DNA of 53,385 bases, the filler included, from Basidioascus undulatus (taxonomy: Eukaryota): the NCBI GenBank assembly GCA_000826855.1. It is 3 parts of 3 records of this genome, joined end to end, with 100 filler letters (N's around TTAATTAATTAA, not from the genome) between each part and the next. Parts side by side here need not be neighbours in the genome. Positions count along the whole stretch, not along the records: positions 1 to 17,768 come from JTLS01000508.1; positions 17,869 to 35,590 come from JTLS01000509.1; 1 more part is not named here. One strand, written 5' to 3'. The translations under genes and the position numbers were made by a program. The notes beneath the pieces are model-generated. The model was not told the DNA's origin and did no database searches. It worked only from the letters and a program-made list of their open reading frames with translations. Within the stretch, counting starts at the first letter, position 1. The number at the start of each line of letters is the position of its first letter. Below are positions 13,273-28,108 of this stretch, piece by piece.

Positions 13273-15737
13273 TCACCCCTGGATGACCAGCCCCTCGCCG
13301 ACCTCCTCCGCACTCTCCTCGAGTTTGGCCTGCTCCTCGAGCCTCACGTCCTCCTCCCTCCTCAGTTTCCGCGCCCATACCTGCCCGACATGTTGATGCT
13401 CTCCACCAGGGTTCACCCACTCGCCCCTGCGCCTGACCGCCCACCGACCATACCGCCACTGCTTCAACTCTTCCTCCGTCGTCTCCTCACGCAGCTCGCT
13501 TCCCAGCGCAGGGAAGTCGACCGCGGCGAGCCCATCCTCGGGCACGGCGGGGAGGAGCACTGGCGCCAGCGCGCCCGAGACGGTGTAGTGCGTTGGGTGC
13601 CCGCGCGGTGAGGACGCGGACGGCGAGGGCGCGATGGTGATGCTGGTGTTGGCGGAGTGCCGGAGCGAGTGGACAGGGACGAGATGGCGCGGGTGGGACT
13701 TGCTGACAGGGTAGGCCGACCACGCGGCGTCGTCGGTGAGGTCGTCGAGCTTGGCCGGACATGCTTCGGGGACTTCGCATGCGAAGGTCGTGTGGAGGTC
13801 GACGTGGAGGTAGGAGAGGAAGTCTTTGAAAGTACCGGAGAAGGAAGGCATGGCGTCGCTGGGGCTGTTGACCAATTGTCAGCCCGAGTTAAAGAAAAAA
13901 CAGTAGGGTGAGTTCAGCCGACTCACATGGTAAAGTTGACGAGCACCCGTTGGGCATCCTTGGTACCGTCCAGCTCGGTCTCTGCAGACTGTCGCTCATC
14001 GAAAGGCCAGTGACGGAAACGGCGGCTGATCACGCCTCCATATTCTTCCTTGGCGTCTTCCTCCTCATCCTTCCGGCTCTTGACCGGTCGCGCGCGCAGC
14101 TGGCTCGCCATGGGCGCGTAGTAACTGCCCTCGCCTGCGAGGCTCTCGCGCTGCGCGTCCGTGCGCGCGAAGGAGGCGGCCCAGGTGCGCCGCGTGCGCG
14201 TAGACGGGCTGAAAGAGATGCGGGACGGGACTTCGGTGCCGTTACCGAGGCGGCGGACGGTCGTGTTGAGGAAGATCTGCTGACCTGAGAAATGCAGTTG
14301 CTTTAGCGAGAGAGGCAGGCGAGCATGGGAGAGCGAAAGCGGACCTTGCTCGAAGATACGGTCCTGCGGCAATTCCACCTCGACCTCGAACGTAGCGAGG
14401 TTGCCCTTGTCCTGTGAAATCCACCAAGCGGGGTTCAGCAAACGTCGAGAAATGTGGGACGGAATGACACTCACACATTCCGGCGTTTCGAAAGGCCTGT
14501 TCCGGTCCCAAGGGTCCACCTGGGACTGGTTCTTGGTGCGAGGGCTGTCCAAGTGCATGACCACCCGTTCGGTGGTCGGGAGCTGCTCCGCGGGCGGTGT
14601 CGTCGGCGCGGGGAGGAAGGCGGTGTAGCCCGCGGGGTACTCGAGAGTGGTGCCGTTCCGCAGGGTCAGGAGAAAGTAGTAGCGCAGGTCGGTTTCGCTG
14701 TTGGCGAACTAATTACAGGATTTAGCAGGCGATCCTTGGCTTGAAAAGGAGGGACAGATAAGGAACCTACTTGTTCCTCGCGCGAGCCGCTGTACCAGCC
14801 GCCGTCGAGTGTGGACGGCGGGAACTGCGTAGCGACGCTGGTGAGCTGGGATGCAGTGTACAGATATGGGACAATGGAGACGTACGTTGGTGTTGGGAAC
14901 AGCGACAGCGAAGGTTTTGACGGCTTCAAGTGCGATACTGTCCTCCGGACCTGTCGAGCCGCGCTGTCAGACACAGCTGCAGAAAGGCTGAGAAACGGCA
15001 TGCCCAGCGTACCGGCCGCCGAAGCGAGCTCCCCCCGGGCATCAAATCCGTCGCGCTCCATTCCGTGAACCTCCCAGAGGAGCGGTTCTTCAACGACTCG
15101 TCTGCAGCGGGGCACAGATGATCAGACATGGTTGGCACGCGTGCAATCACAAAGACGCACGCACGGTATTGCTTCAGAAGGATGTTGTACGGCGAGTTCT
15201 GCTCGCGGAACATGTAGCTATCGTAGCCGACGTCGAAGATGCTGTTCTCGATGTCGCGCCCGGTCGACGGCATGGTCGTCTCGTTCATCTCGGGGCGTTG
15301 AGGCATCTCAGCGTCGGGTGCCCTACAGAGCCAACACACTGTCAGCTGCTGTGGCCATCTTGACAAGACGGCATAAATAGTACGCACAGGAACCTAACGA
15401 TCGAACGCTCCTTGAACCGCAAGCCGACTTCCCACTTAACGAGGTCGGCGCAATCCGTTCAGTTCGCAACCAGGCGCGCATCGGCGGAAGACAGCAGGTT
15501 CGGCGAGGGGTCAGGAGCGCTGTTGGATGATTTATGAGTGTTTAGCCCCCCGTGTCCAAACTGAAAATATCACTGTGCAACGCACCGGACCCAAGCGCGA
15601 ACGTCGCACGCCCAGTCATCGGCCTCTACGGCCGCCTCCTCCACAGCATCAGGAACGGCCTCGACTATACCATAGAGATCCGGAATGTGGACGGCGGCGC
15701 ATGAGCCCGCCAAAGCGAGCAGCGGTAGAACGAGCAT
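13273..15737 (-). pseudogene. Secreted/lumenal protein of unknown function (~600 aa), disrupted by a stop and a frameshift
   Basis: Signal peptide MLVLPLLALAGSCAA; CDVRAWVRAPD..DARLVAN*TDCADLVKWEVGLRFKERSIV with in-frame TGA at 15459-15461; 1-nt frameshift near 15078; downstream exons open (YYFLLTLRNGTTLEYPAGYTAF..., EGLVIQG* at 13273); canonical introns. Confidence 0.7.
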
Positions 15738-16469
15738 GATGAAGCGATAGGGGCGGGAGAGAAGATCATCGCGACTTTCCCTCCTCTTTTGAAGACGAGA
15801 TGGGTGAGCGCACGCAGCCGGCCGTGAGCGGAGCGAAGGCCAAGAATGTGCTTCGTCGGCAACTCGAATGATACATCCGGTCGGTCAGGCAGTGATACAG
15901 TACACAAAAAGGAGTACTAGATGTCTGAGATTCAGGTGACAGCTCTTGTGCATTGAACTCTTGCGATGCTGACACTCAAAAGATTACACTTGCCAGATAG
16001 TAAACGATAAGGTAAAGAATGCTCTAGGCAAGAAAAGCGAATGCATTAGACGATCACCGCGGACGCAACGCCGATCCTCTCACCTAGACAAAGTAGGTGA
16101 GCGGAGGAGCAAAGGAGCGAAGCTTCGCGGCGGCGGCCTGGATGGGAAGGGCGAGCCTCACACAGGCGGCTACAGACTAGAAGACAGAATAATACGACGA
16201 TATTCTTCCATGAGTGTTGTGAACTCAAAAAACAGCTCCAAAAAACATACGACAAATGTAAGCCTAAAGCGGAACGACCGAATGTTTGGCGCGCCGGGCG
16301 CGAGTCAGCGGCTCCGGCCGCGCAATTCCTTTGTTGTTTGCCGCTGCCGCATCCCTGCCTCCTCCCACCACCACCTCCGGCCCTTACACTCTCCATCTCC
16401 TCGTGATTGCTCTACATTTTGCATTTATTCAATTCCAACGATATCAATCCACCACATTCCTACACCAGC

Positions 16470-17768
16470 ATGTTCCCTGTCCCGGCGCAGCAGCAGCAGC
16501 AGCCCGCTCAGCAGTCGGCGACCGCCTCGCCCTCCGTCGGCCCCGCTCGCTCCGCGCGTCCGCGTGCGGCAGGCCGCGGTGTCGCCGGCGCTCTGCGCTC
16601 AGCGGGACTCCTCGACGACGACGAGAGCATGCGCGACGTCTCTCAGTCCGATGGCGAGAGCGGGCGGCGAAGATTGGGCAACGGGGCCGGGCGGAGGGGT
16701 GGACGGCCGGGACGGAGCGCCAGCCAGGGAGCTATGGACGCCAACATGGCTTCGGTAGGTCACACAGCCACGATGCTCCCCCTCTCATCTCTTTCGATCG
16801 CTTTCACCAATCCGCCATCCGCTCATTCTTCGGCCGGCGTACTCGGTGACGCTTGGTCCGACGCGTAGATCGCCGACCGCCTTTCGCCCGCCGCCGCTTC
16901 CTCTTCCAAATCTCCCGCAGCTTCCATCCGCGGCGCCGCACGCGAGGCGCGCTCTCGATCTTCTCCCCTCTCGCACAAGCCTGCGCGTGTCCCGACCGGT
17001 CCTGCGGCGGACAAGGGCGGCAAACGCGGCGCGCCGGGGAAGGCCATCGACGCGCTGCGCCGCTTCCTGAGCAGCAGGTACAACGCTGAGCAGAAGTTCT
17101 TGAACCTCGAGGTGAGCCTTGGTATGTGCCAATATTGGTGTCTTCTCATTGCTGACGCGCAGTTGTCGCCAGAACATGGGCGACGACGAGATCTTGAAGG
17201 CGGAGGGCTTCGTCCCGCCCGGCTACCCCAAGTTCAAGTCCAACGCTGGTCCGGTCATGTTCAAGCTCGCGAGCCAGATGTTCCCCGGCGTGCGTTCTTA
17301 TCCCTTCTTGGATTCCGTCGCATTCGCTAAAAGATTCACAATTTGCAGATCACCACCATCTCGCTCGCGTCGAACCGCTTGCGAAGCCTCATCCCCTACA
17401 GCAGCATCGCGCAGTTCCTGCCCGACCTGCAAAATCTCTCATTGCGCGATAACGACATCCGCGCGTGGGCAGACCTCGATCCGCTCTCGGGCGTGAAGGG
17501 CAAGCTCACCAAGCTCAAGGAGCTCATCGTCATCGGCAACCCAGTTGCGGAGCATGGCGACACCTACCGCAAGTAAGTGGCGAAGACTGCGCTTCCCCGC
17601 CTAATGTGATAATTGACTGAGGAGGAATGAGTTCTTCAGCGAGGTTCTCCGGCGCTTCCCCTCCCTCGACCTGCTCGACCTGCAACCCGTCCTATCCAAC
17701 GTCACGCCTGCCCCGCTCCCGTCTGTCCCTGCTCCACCTCCTGCCCCACCCACTCTCCATCCCCCCGC
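16470..17768 (+). CDS. MEX67: mRNA export factor Mex67/NXF1 (TAP), 5' part; truncated at contig end
   Basis: IDALRRFLSSRYNAEQKFLNLENM, AGPVMFKLASQMFP, LRR region ITTISLASNRL..LPDLQNLSLRDNDI..LKELIVIGNPV..YRNEVLRRFPSLDLLD; 4 GT-AG introns. Confidence 0.9.
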
Positions 17769-17868
17769 NNNNNNNNNNNNNNNNNNNNNNNNNNNNNNNN
17801 NNNNNNNNNNNNTTAATTAATTAANNNNNNNNNNNNNNNNNNNNNNNNNNNNNNNNNNNNNNNNNNNN
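17769..17868. other. Artificial contig spacer (N44-TTAATTAATTAA-N44)
   Basis: 100-nt N block with a six-frame stop linker; identical to 35591-35690. Confidence 0.97.
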
Positions 17869-19135
17869 CATACCCCAGACACCGCCCTCCCCCCACCCCT
17901 CCTCCCCCTCCTGCACGCGCCCCTTCACCTTGACCTGGGTGGTCGGCCCGCGCCTCGCAGCCGACGACGGCGCGAGGGAGTGTTTAGAGGACGAGCGGAA
18001 GGGCGTGTCAAACGCCTCGCGCAGGCGGCGGACTTTTACGCCGCCGAAGCCTGGGCACAGGGAGAGGGTCTCGGGCGGGGCGCGGACTATCTCACGGAAA
18101 GACTGGGGGTCCCCAATCCTTCTCTTAGTTTCGGGAAGCAGGGGGGAGGTAGAACGGTGGGAGTGTGGGGGAAGGGAAGACGGACCCCGAAACTAGTAGC
18201 CAGCGTGAGCACGTCCGTCTTGTTCACGCTCTTGATAGACGTGAGCGCCGCGGTGAGCGTGGACATGTAGTCTGACGAGGTGCGCTCGCGGATCAGGTCT
18301 GGCGGGCGGTGCTCGAGCGTCGTGTACAGCGTTAGGTAGCGCGCGGCTTGCTCGGCTCTGCGGACGGCGGAGGTGTCAGTATTGAAGGAGGGCAGGTGGG
18401 GGAAAGGGCGGTTGAAGGGATGGTGGGATGGTGGAAAAGCGCGGGGAGGGAATGAGGGAGACGCACGACCACGCGACCATCACGGTTAGGTTGTTGATTA
18501 GGCAGACCTGAGTGGCGGGGGTGTGAGCTTCGCGAGGAGGGGTGCGGGAGGGGATGCGGACTTTGGTCAGTTCCCGGATTGGTTCTTGGTGGTCGTTCTG
18601 TGTTGCATCGAGCGTATCAGCGTTGATTGTAGGAAGGTGAATGGGACGAGGAGGCGCACGATATCGCACATAAGCAGCAACACCCTGAGCGTGTACATCT
18701 GCGCGAGTTTGGATATCCTCGTATGCACATATTCGGGGTGAAGGCGGTGGTACCTCAAACTGTCCCCCCGACACCGCGTTTCTCATCAGCCACTTCGCCA
18801 ACGAGCGAGGAGGAGCGAACTCACCTCAAGAACAGCACTCCCGTCGACGACCCCACCTGGTAATCAGGAACAATATCCGCATACTCCCACGGGACGTTCT
18901 TGATATGCTGTATAATAGGGTTTCCACGCTGTTTCCCCCTGTCCCTTCAGCTTTATCTCCCTTCTCCGCCCCCCCCCCCTCTTCTCCTCTGACGGACCTG
19001 GCATGCGTTGACGAGGACGGACGTGCGCCCCCCGCCCTTCTTGGGCTGCACGACCGGCTTGGAGGGCCCCGCAGGCTGGGGCGCGGGAGGAGGGGATAGG
19101 CGCGAGGGGACGGAGGGGGAGCGGGAGGTGGACAT
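17869..19135 (-). CDS. ERCC1: DNA excision repair protein ERCC1/Rad10/Swi10; 3' end cut by contig edge
   Basis: SVLVNACQ|RGNPIIQHIKNVPWEYADIVPDYQVGSSTGVLFLS|LRYHRLHPEYVHTRI..LRVLLLMCDI..IRELTKVCLINNLTVMVAWS..EQAARYL; HhH region LTSIKSVNKTDVLTLATSFGS..CPGFGGVKVRRLREAFDTPF. Confidence 0.95.
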
Positions 19136-19581
19136 TGAGTGAGATGAAGGTGTGGGTGGTGGGAAGAGGGCAAGAGGCAAGAGGCAAGAGACGCGTCCGG
19201 TGCGCGTCGTTGAAGGTGAGGTTGTTGGGGGACTGTGCTTCTGTTTCTCGACTGTCTGCTGGATCAAAAATTCAATTCCATATTATGAATTTAGCCCAGA
19301 AAACCCAAAATGTAGGCCGAGAGCAGGTAGTATACTCCTGGAAGAAGCCCACCGCAATGGTCATTTGGCGCTTTTGAGCAGAAGACGGTTAGGTTCCGCC
19401 GCTTCTTCAAATTCCCACGATTAGGGCAAACTTGGTCTTCTCCCCTCGGCTGGCTCTCTTCGCTCCGCACCTCCATCTCCCCCCCACGCTGCCGCCCTAA
19501 ATCCTCAACCTCGACCAAGGACCCATAGCCGCGAGGTCAACTTTCACTCTCTTTACCTAAACGCCAAGCAAGCAAGCCGCC

Positions 19582-20305
19582 ATGTCCGCCCCCGCTGTCA
19601 ACCCCAAGGCGTTTCCGCTCGGTGCGTCTTCCTTCCGGGCTTCCCCCCCCCTCTTCGCTTCCCTTTCCTACACCCTCGCCCTTCCTTTCCTCTTTTTGGA
19701 TCTATGGCAGACCTTGACTGACTCTTATTCGTTTGGGGGACGCGGGCGTTTACAGCCGACGCGACGCTCACGAACAAGGTGCGTCTCCTCCCGCTCTTCC
19801 TCACCCTCACCGCTCCTCCCGCTCATCCTCCTCAAATTCCCTACAGATCCTCGACCTTGTCCAGCAGGCGTCGCACTATTCTCAGCTTAAGAAGGGCGCC
19901 AACGAGGGTAAATACTCTTTATTTTACATTCCACGACGCGTCGGGACTGATGCGGGGGTGGGGCGGCGCGGCGCAGCGACCAAGACGCTCAACCGCGGCA
20001 TCTGCGAGTTCATCATCATGGCCGCCGACGTCGAGCCGATCGAGATCGTCCTCCACCTTCCGCTTCTCTGCGAGGACAAGGTGCGTTCCTTCCCTTTCCC
20101 CCTTCTTCCCAAGATACCCTCTGACATGTTTTGGACGTAACCCCAGAACGTCCCCTACATCTTCCTCCCCTCCAAGACCGCGCTCGGGCGCGCGTGCGGC
20201 GTCTCCCGCCCCGTCATCGCCGCCAGCGTGACGACCAACGAGGCCCGGGAGCTCACGTCGGTAATCCAGCAGATCAAGCTCGAGATCGAGCGCCTGCTCG
20301 TCTGA
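19582..20305 (+). CDS. SNU13: 13 kDa ribonucleoprotein-associated protein Snu13 (15.5K, L7Ae family)
   Basis: [128 protein letters not shown]; 4 introns. Confidence 0.97.
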
Positions 20306-21289
20306 GCGCGGGAGTGGGAGTGGATCGGGTTAGGACGGGGTTCAAATGGACTTCGGTTTATTTTATCAGTGCACCGAGGCCTGACTTGGGTGGCTGCTTT
20401 TCCTTCGTCGGCGATGAGCTTGCGATTCGGCGCATTCGATCGATCGACGCAACGCTGGTCAATGTCGTTTTCGGCTCTTGCACACAGCTCACCACGCGTT
20501 TTCGCTAACTGTCGGGCGTTTGACTGTGTCATGATCACTTAGCTTAATCAGCTAACACCCGCCTACTCTGGGAGTCATAACTGACCCGAGCCATCAACCA
20601 TCACCTTCTCATCATTGTGTTGACTTTGTTCTCATTACGTCTCCCTCTCGACACGCTCGTCGGATGTTTTTCGTTGTTGCCAGCGACATTTGCGGCGTCA
20701 GTCATCCGACCATAGCTGCCTGCCGCACATGGCGACGCTTCATCGAGTCTCGAGCGCCTTCTGAATCGCTGAGGGTTCGTTCCACACCTAGACAAAGTAC
20801 CTCCGCACAACGTCCGCGTCGAGTACGACCCAATAATTACCACCTATCGAGAGCGAAAGATCGTTTGCACAGACGGAACAAGCCTGGCATGGACATGGAC
20901 GCGTACCTGTGTCCTGGACCGAAGAACATCCGGACCTCTAATAACGACTGCGTGGATTGGTCTCCGTAGAACAATGGGAATGTAGGCGTGCACCAATAAC
21001 CAGGCCAAAAAGTGTCAGTTCAGAGGCGTTGGGCCTCTACTGACTATCCCACAGGTATGTGTAGGAGGAATATAGTAAATCTGCGCCTCAACGGCCTCTG
21101 ACCCACCCTTTAACACGACAAGCCCAGCAAGCTTGGCGACCTTGAAGAAAACGTGTTCCCTTCCGCACACCGTCACCGATCATAGCAAGTAGAAGAAAGA
21201 CAATGCGTGTAACGTATCCACGCCGCCCTGAAAAAAGAATCTACAAAGTACAGCTTGTCCATCATCTCAGTTACCTCCTCGGACTCTCC

Positions 21290-24001
<2,712 letters not shown>

Positions 24002-24459
24002 GCACGAGGGCAAGCAGCAGGCGGAAGCGCGAAGACAGGCACTTGAGAACGGGAAAATGCAATCTGTGAGGGCCAGCTTACGAAACCGATTCGCAGGCGG
24101 ACTTCTGAGTCAGTAGCAGCAACTTCCGCCTTGTTCTGCATTTCTTTCGAGTCAGTCACTGCCATTAGAGGATAACAAAGCTGATGACATTTTGAACTGG
24201 CCAAGGATTTGAAAGGGCATGGGGATTCTGGGGCAGCGTGACAGTGTCTGAGTGGGCGCAAGGCTCAGCCTGCCTGCCTTTCACCCTGCCCCTCCCTTCC
24301 TTTCAGCAACCCGCAGTGTTTCATAGCTGAGTTTCTATAAGGGTTGTATTGCTATTTCTACATTACAAACAGTCTCAGCTGAGAGAGAGAACCAGTTTCA
24401 GCGGAGAATATTGCCTTTAGCTCTCTTCGATTGATTTAAATTGGTTTTATGCAAATATT

Positions 24460-24531
24460 TTTTTGTTGGTGTAGTGGCTAAGATCGGGTGTTCTCACCGC
24501 CCAGTCCCAGGGTCGATTCCCAGACGTGGAA
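24460..24531 (+). pseudogene. Degenerate tRNA-Glu (CTC)
   Basis: TGGTGTAGTGGCTAAGATC GGGTG TTCTCAC CGCCC AGTC CCAGG GTCGATT CCCAG ACGTGGAA. Anticodon arm intact; acceptor 5' strand degraded to TTTTTGT; T-stem has 2 mismatches; B-box reads GGTCGA instead of GTTCGA. Confidence 0.75.
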
Positions 24532-25193
24532 AATTCACTGACCAAAAACCCACTTTATATTTTTCGGTACAGGCTCGGAAGCGAACCCCACCAAGGAAGG
24601 CAGACCTCAGAGCAATGCAGCCCACTGCCCGGACATGAGGTGCACAGCTGTCTGTGAGCACGTTCACGCTGCGGAGCTTGACGCAAATCTACTGTGCGGG
24701 TGTGACGCTGCATCCTGCCCTTGTGATAGACAGGTACAGAAGCATCGTAGCTCCACTGCGCGTGGGATGTGAAACTGGCTCATCATGCGACGTCTCTGTA
24801 CTACTGAATGAAAACGTGAACGCAGCGAGCACTCAAGCGGAAGATGTGGGGCCCCAACACGGTGAAGTTGCTGTCTCCTGGATTTGCATCCGCGGCCAAG
24901 GGCTGAGCTAGAGTCGACTCGCGGCAACCCACCATCAGGATACTGAGTACGCGCAGTGAAAATACGTGGGCGCAAGGGCGATAGGCAAAGTGTACGGAAG
25001 TGTACAACATGAAGTGAAGAACGGGTGTGCAAGAACGGGTACATGCGATGCTGTGTATGGGGTGCGATGAGGGGTTGGGTTCATGGGTGGACGTGAAGGG
25101 CATAAACGACAAGAAAAGCGGCACTGCTGAAACCAGAGAGAGAGGTAAAAGGAAAGAAAAGTATCGTGAGCAAGACGAAAGGTCAGACGCGAC

Positions 25194-26094
25194 TCAGCGA
25201 CGACGCCTGATGCCCTCCTCCCCGTCCGCCTGGACCTCACCAGGGTCGATGTCCGGCCCGGGCTGGGCGTCGTCCTCCTCGTCCGCGCCGGACGACCTCC
25301 GCTCGTGCGCGTCGTCGCTCTCTTCGCTGTCGGGCGTGCCCGCACGACTGCGCTCGAGCCCCAGCGCGCCCTCGACCCCGACGCTTGCAGCCCGGGCGCG
25401 CACGCGCGGACGCTCGACGCTCGAGTCGGGCGTGCCTGCGCCGGCGCCCGGTGCGGAGGAGTCGACGGGCGTGAGGAGGAGGGAGGACGTCTTGGTGCTG
25501 CGGCGGATACCGGAGGTCGGGGAGCCGGAGGCGGGGCGCGTGGGGAGGGCAATGGGTGTACCGGGAGGGGAGGAGTCGTTGGTGAGCTGCGGGAGGGATT
25601 CTCGTTAGTTCGGTCTGGTAGAACAGGGAGCAGGTTGGATGGGCGCACCTTTTGACTGTCCTCCGACTCGGACTTCTCGTCATCCTCCTTTATCCGCTCT
25701 AGCTCCTCCTTCTTCACGGCGCCCTCTCCGTCTGCGTGCACGCGTACACGACGAGGGTAGATGCTGTGGGCAAGAAGTGATGAGGGGGTGTTGGTCAGTG
25801 GCTGGGGAAGGCTTGGGAGACAAGGGAGGAGCTCACCCCAGCGTCCTGAACGTCACGTAGGCGGCACCGTCCAGCGCCCTGGTCCCCGTAGCGTGAGCCT
25901 CAGTCCAGCTCCTGTCACCTCTCGATCCACAAGAGCAAGAACACGCACGTCAAGAACACGAACGGGAACGCAAGCATGTACGCGAGAACGCGAAAGATGA
26001 ATGGGATGGGAGCGAGGAGCGGGGGCAAGGGCGGGTCGAGGATGAGGCTGAGGAGGGTGAGCGGGGGAGCGAGGGCGGCGGCGGCGGCATCCAT
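25194..26094 (-). CDS. Hypothetical protein with N-terminal hydrophobic/TM region and disordered acidic tail
   Basis: MDAAAAALAPPLTLLSLILDPPLPPLLAPIPFIFRVLAYMLAFPFVFLT|ALDGAAYVTFRTLG|IYPRRVRV..SQK|LTNDSSPPG..GIRRRR*; 3 GT-AG introns keep the frame. Confidence 0.75.
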
Positions 26095-28108
26095 GTCTAT
26101 GAGGCGGAGAGGACTGGTATGGATGCTGCAGGAGGAGGAGGTGTTGGTGGCTGATCGAGGAGCGCCGGTGCGGAAAGGGAGAAGGCAGCTGCTTGGTCGG
26201 GATGCTAGGACGGCATGCGCATAAGACTGGGTGTCAGTCAGTCGCGTCTGCGTCGCTGCGGCGGAGGAATTTTGCAGGTCGGATTGGAATGGATTTGGAA
26301 TGGATTTGTGTATTCCCAGGCACGGTGATAGGCAGAGAGAAACGGCAACAGCAGGGCAGGGACGAGCTCGAGACTCGAGTTCAAGCTTGCACCCGTGGGC
26401 GTGCAGGCGGGCCGCCAGACTTTGAGATTGCGCAAATTCACATGTTTGTTTGTATCTCCGCTCCGCCGCGCCGAGCTTCTTGCGAGCCGTCTCGACTGCA
26501 CTCTATCTTGACTCCCGAACAAGACCGCAGCAGCAGCACAGCACTCCGCCATATTCGAGAATTTGTGCGTGCATGTCGTGTCTGTTGGACAACACCGGCG
26601 AGCGAACGTGCGCAGCGGGTCTCGGAAGCGTATCGGACGCGCCTTTGATAAGGGCAATCAGTGAAGTAATCTGCTTAGGTACGCACGCGGTGCGCTGCAC
26701 TCGACAATATTGCCAGTCGTCGCGTCAATTGAGACCCTGACAAAGGAGAAAGGTACTGTGTATTGGGTTTGTAAGACACTGGTCTGTGTGTACCTTAATG
26801 ACTGTGCGGCGACCAAAAGCTCTGCCTGCGTCTTGGCCTGCATGGTGGCGTGAGCTTCGAGGCAAGACCCAAGCTTCCATGAAACTCTTGCACATGATCT
26901 TGCGACCTGAGCAGCCCGGATGGTGAGTTTCGGTGCAGCACGCCTCGGGAGGTTGCCTGCCTGCCCACCCGGCGATGATTGAACAGATGCTGTCGACACT
27001 GCATACAAGCTTGGCAGTCCAACCACGACACCCAAACACCCATGATCCACCATAGTATCGCATCTTAAAGTCATGAACTCAGTCTTACTAACATTTGGTC
27101 AGAGGCATGATAGAGCAGGAGGATTTGACTGCCAGTGGACCGTTCTCGCTATGTGGTCGTCCTGTGTGTACGGCTCGAGCCGATACATGAACATTCACGG
27201 CATCCTAAACATTTTCCGGAATGGTCAATTTCGGCTGGACCTTGCGTGCTACTCCATAAACTCGCAGCACACAGGCTCCCCGGTGCCTAAGGCACAACTG
27301 AAGAACCTTACCTCGGTAACTCTGGGACGTTACAGATAATGAGAAGGGGGTTTCGACATATCATTATCGCCAAGTTACTCCAGATAAGGATGATGCGGAG
27401 AATAGAGTCAAGCAAGTTTGAGCGCGACCGCTCGAGGGCTTGATTGACAATTTCGTAAGGCTCTTTGAGCTGTATCTGGTTTCCCAAATCTTTCAGAATG
27501 TTTTGATAGGTCTTGAAAGTTCGAATCGTCGGCAACAGACGTTATTAAGCTTGCAGGGAGAAGTGCCAGTGTTTGCGTCGACTTAGGCAACTTGCCCGAG
27601 ACGCACTTGCCCCTCGTGCTGTTTCATCATCAAGTATCTACTTGTTATCTTGAAGACGCGCCTCGCAGAAAAATAGTGTAACCACCACAGGAGTCTTTGG
27701 CAAGTGCGTAGAGAGGTAAGGAAGGTGCGCGCAGCGCGACTGATGTTTCAACATTTTAGGGGTCGTGGAAGAACGATTTGGGGAGGGGGCGGTGCTGTCC
27801 GCATTGCCAGCCGTCTCCCGAGAGATCTCCCCTGGTCTGGGTCGTACTCGTCTCATCCCCCTAAATCGATATGTACCTTGGACAACCCCTCATGAGAGAA
27901 CGTCCCGGTGCTTTTCGAGGTGATTCTCAGACTCCGTATAGGTAGGATCCGAACCCGCAGCGATCGCAGTGCCGGGGCCCGCAGCGTGCTCTCCGTCTTC
28001 GCGAGTTGGGCCCCCAAGAAGGACGGCCCCCTCAAGAAGAAGATCATATTCATCTTGTACGACTTGATTTCCTCGTCCTACGTTCGCTTTTATTGTCATT
28101 CACTCACT

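Noticed and set aside
15459..15461. Selenocysteine or stop-codon reassignment explaining in-frame TGA/TAG
   Set aside because: TGA and TAG end intact genes here (SNU13, fungalysin, TMA7); the same gene also has a frameshift; Dikarya are not known to have Sec machinery.
17813..17824. TTAATTAATTAA palindrome as a biological element
   Set aside because: Six-frame stop linker inside N padding, repeated identically at 35635-35646.
19622..19754. Other long introns (SNU13 intron 1, MEX67 intron 1) as further stwintrons or snoRNA hosts
   Set aside because: One-step GT-AG removal keeps the frame; no split donor or convincing C/D or H/ACA boxes seen.
27300..27600. Weak F-box-like fragment (LALLPASLITSVADDSNFQDL) on the - strand
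   Set aside because: Similarity too weak and short to call without a profile search.
27908..28108. In-frame non-ATG upstream extension of MscS (similarly 6190-6363 for fungalysin)
   Set aside because: GTG start with UTR-like composition; for fungalysin the signal peptide starts at the downstream ATG.
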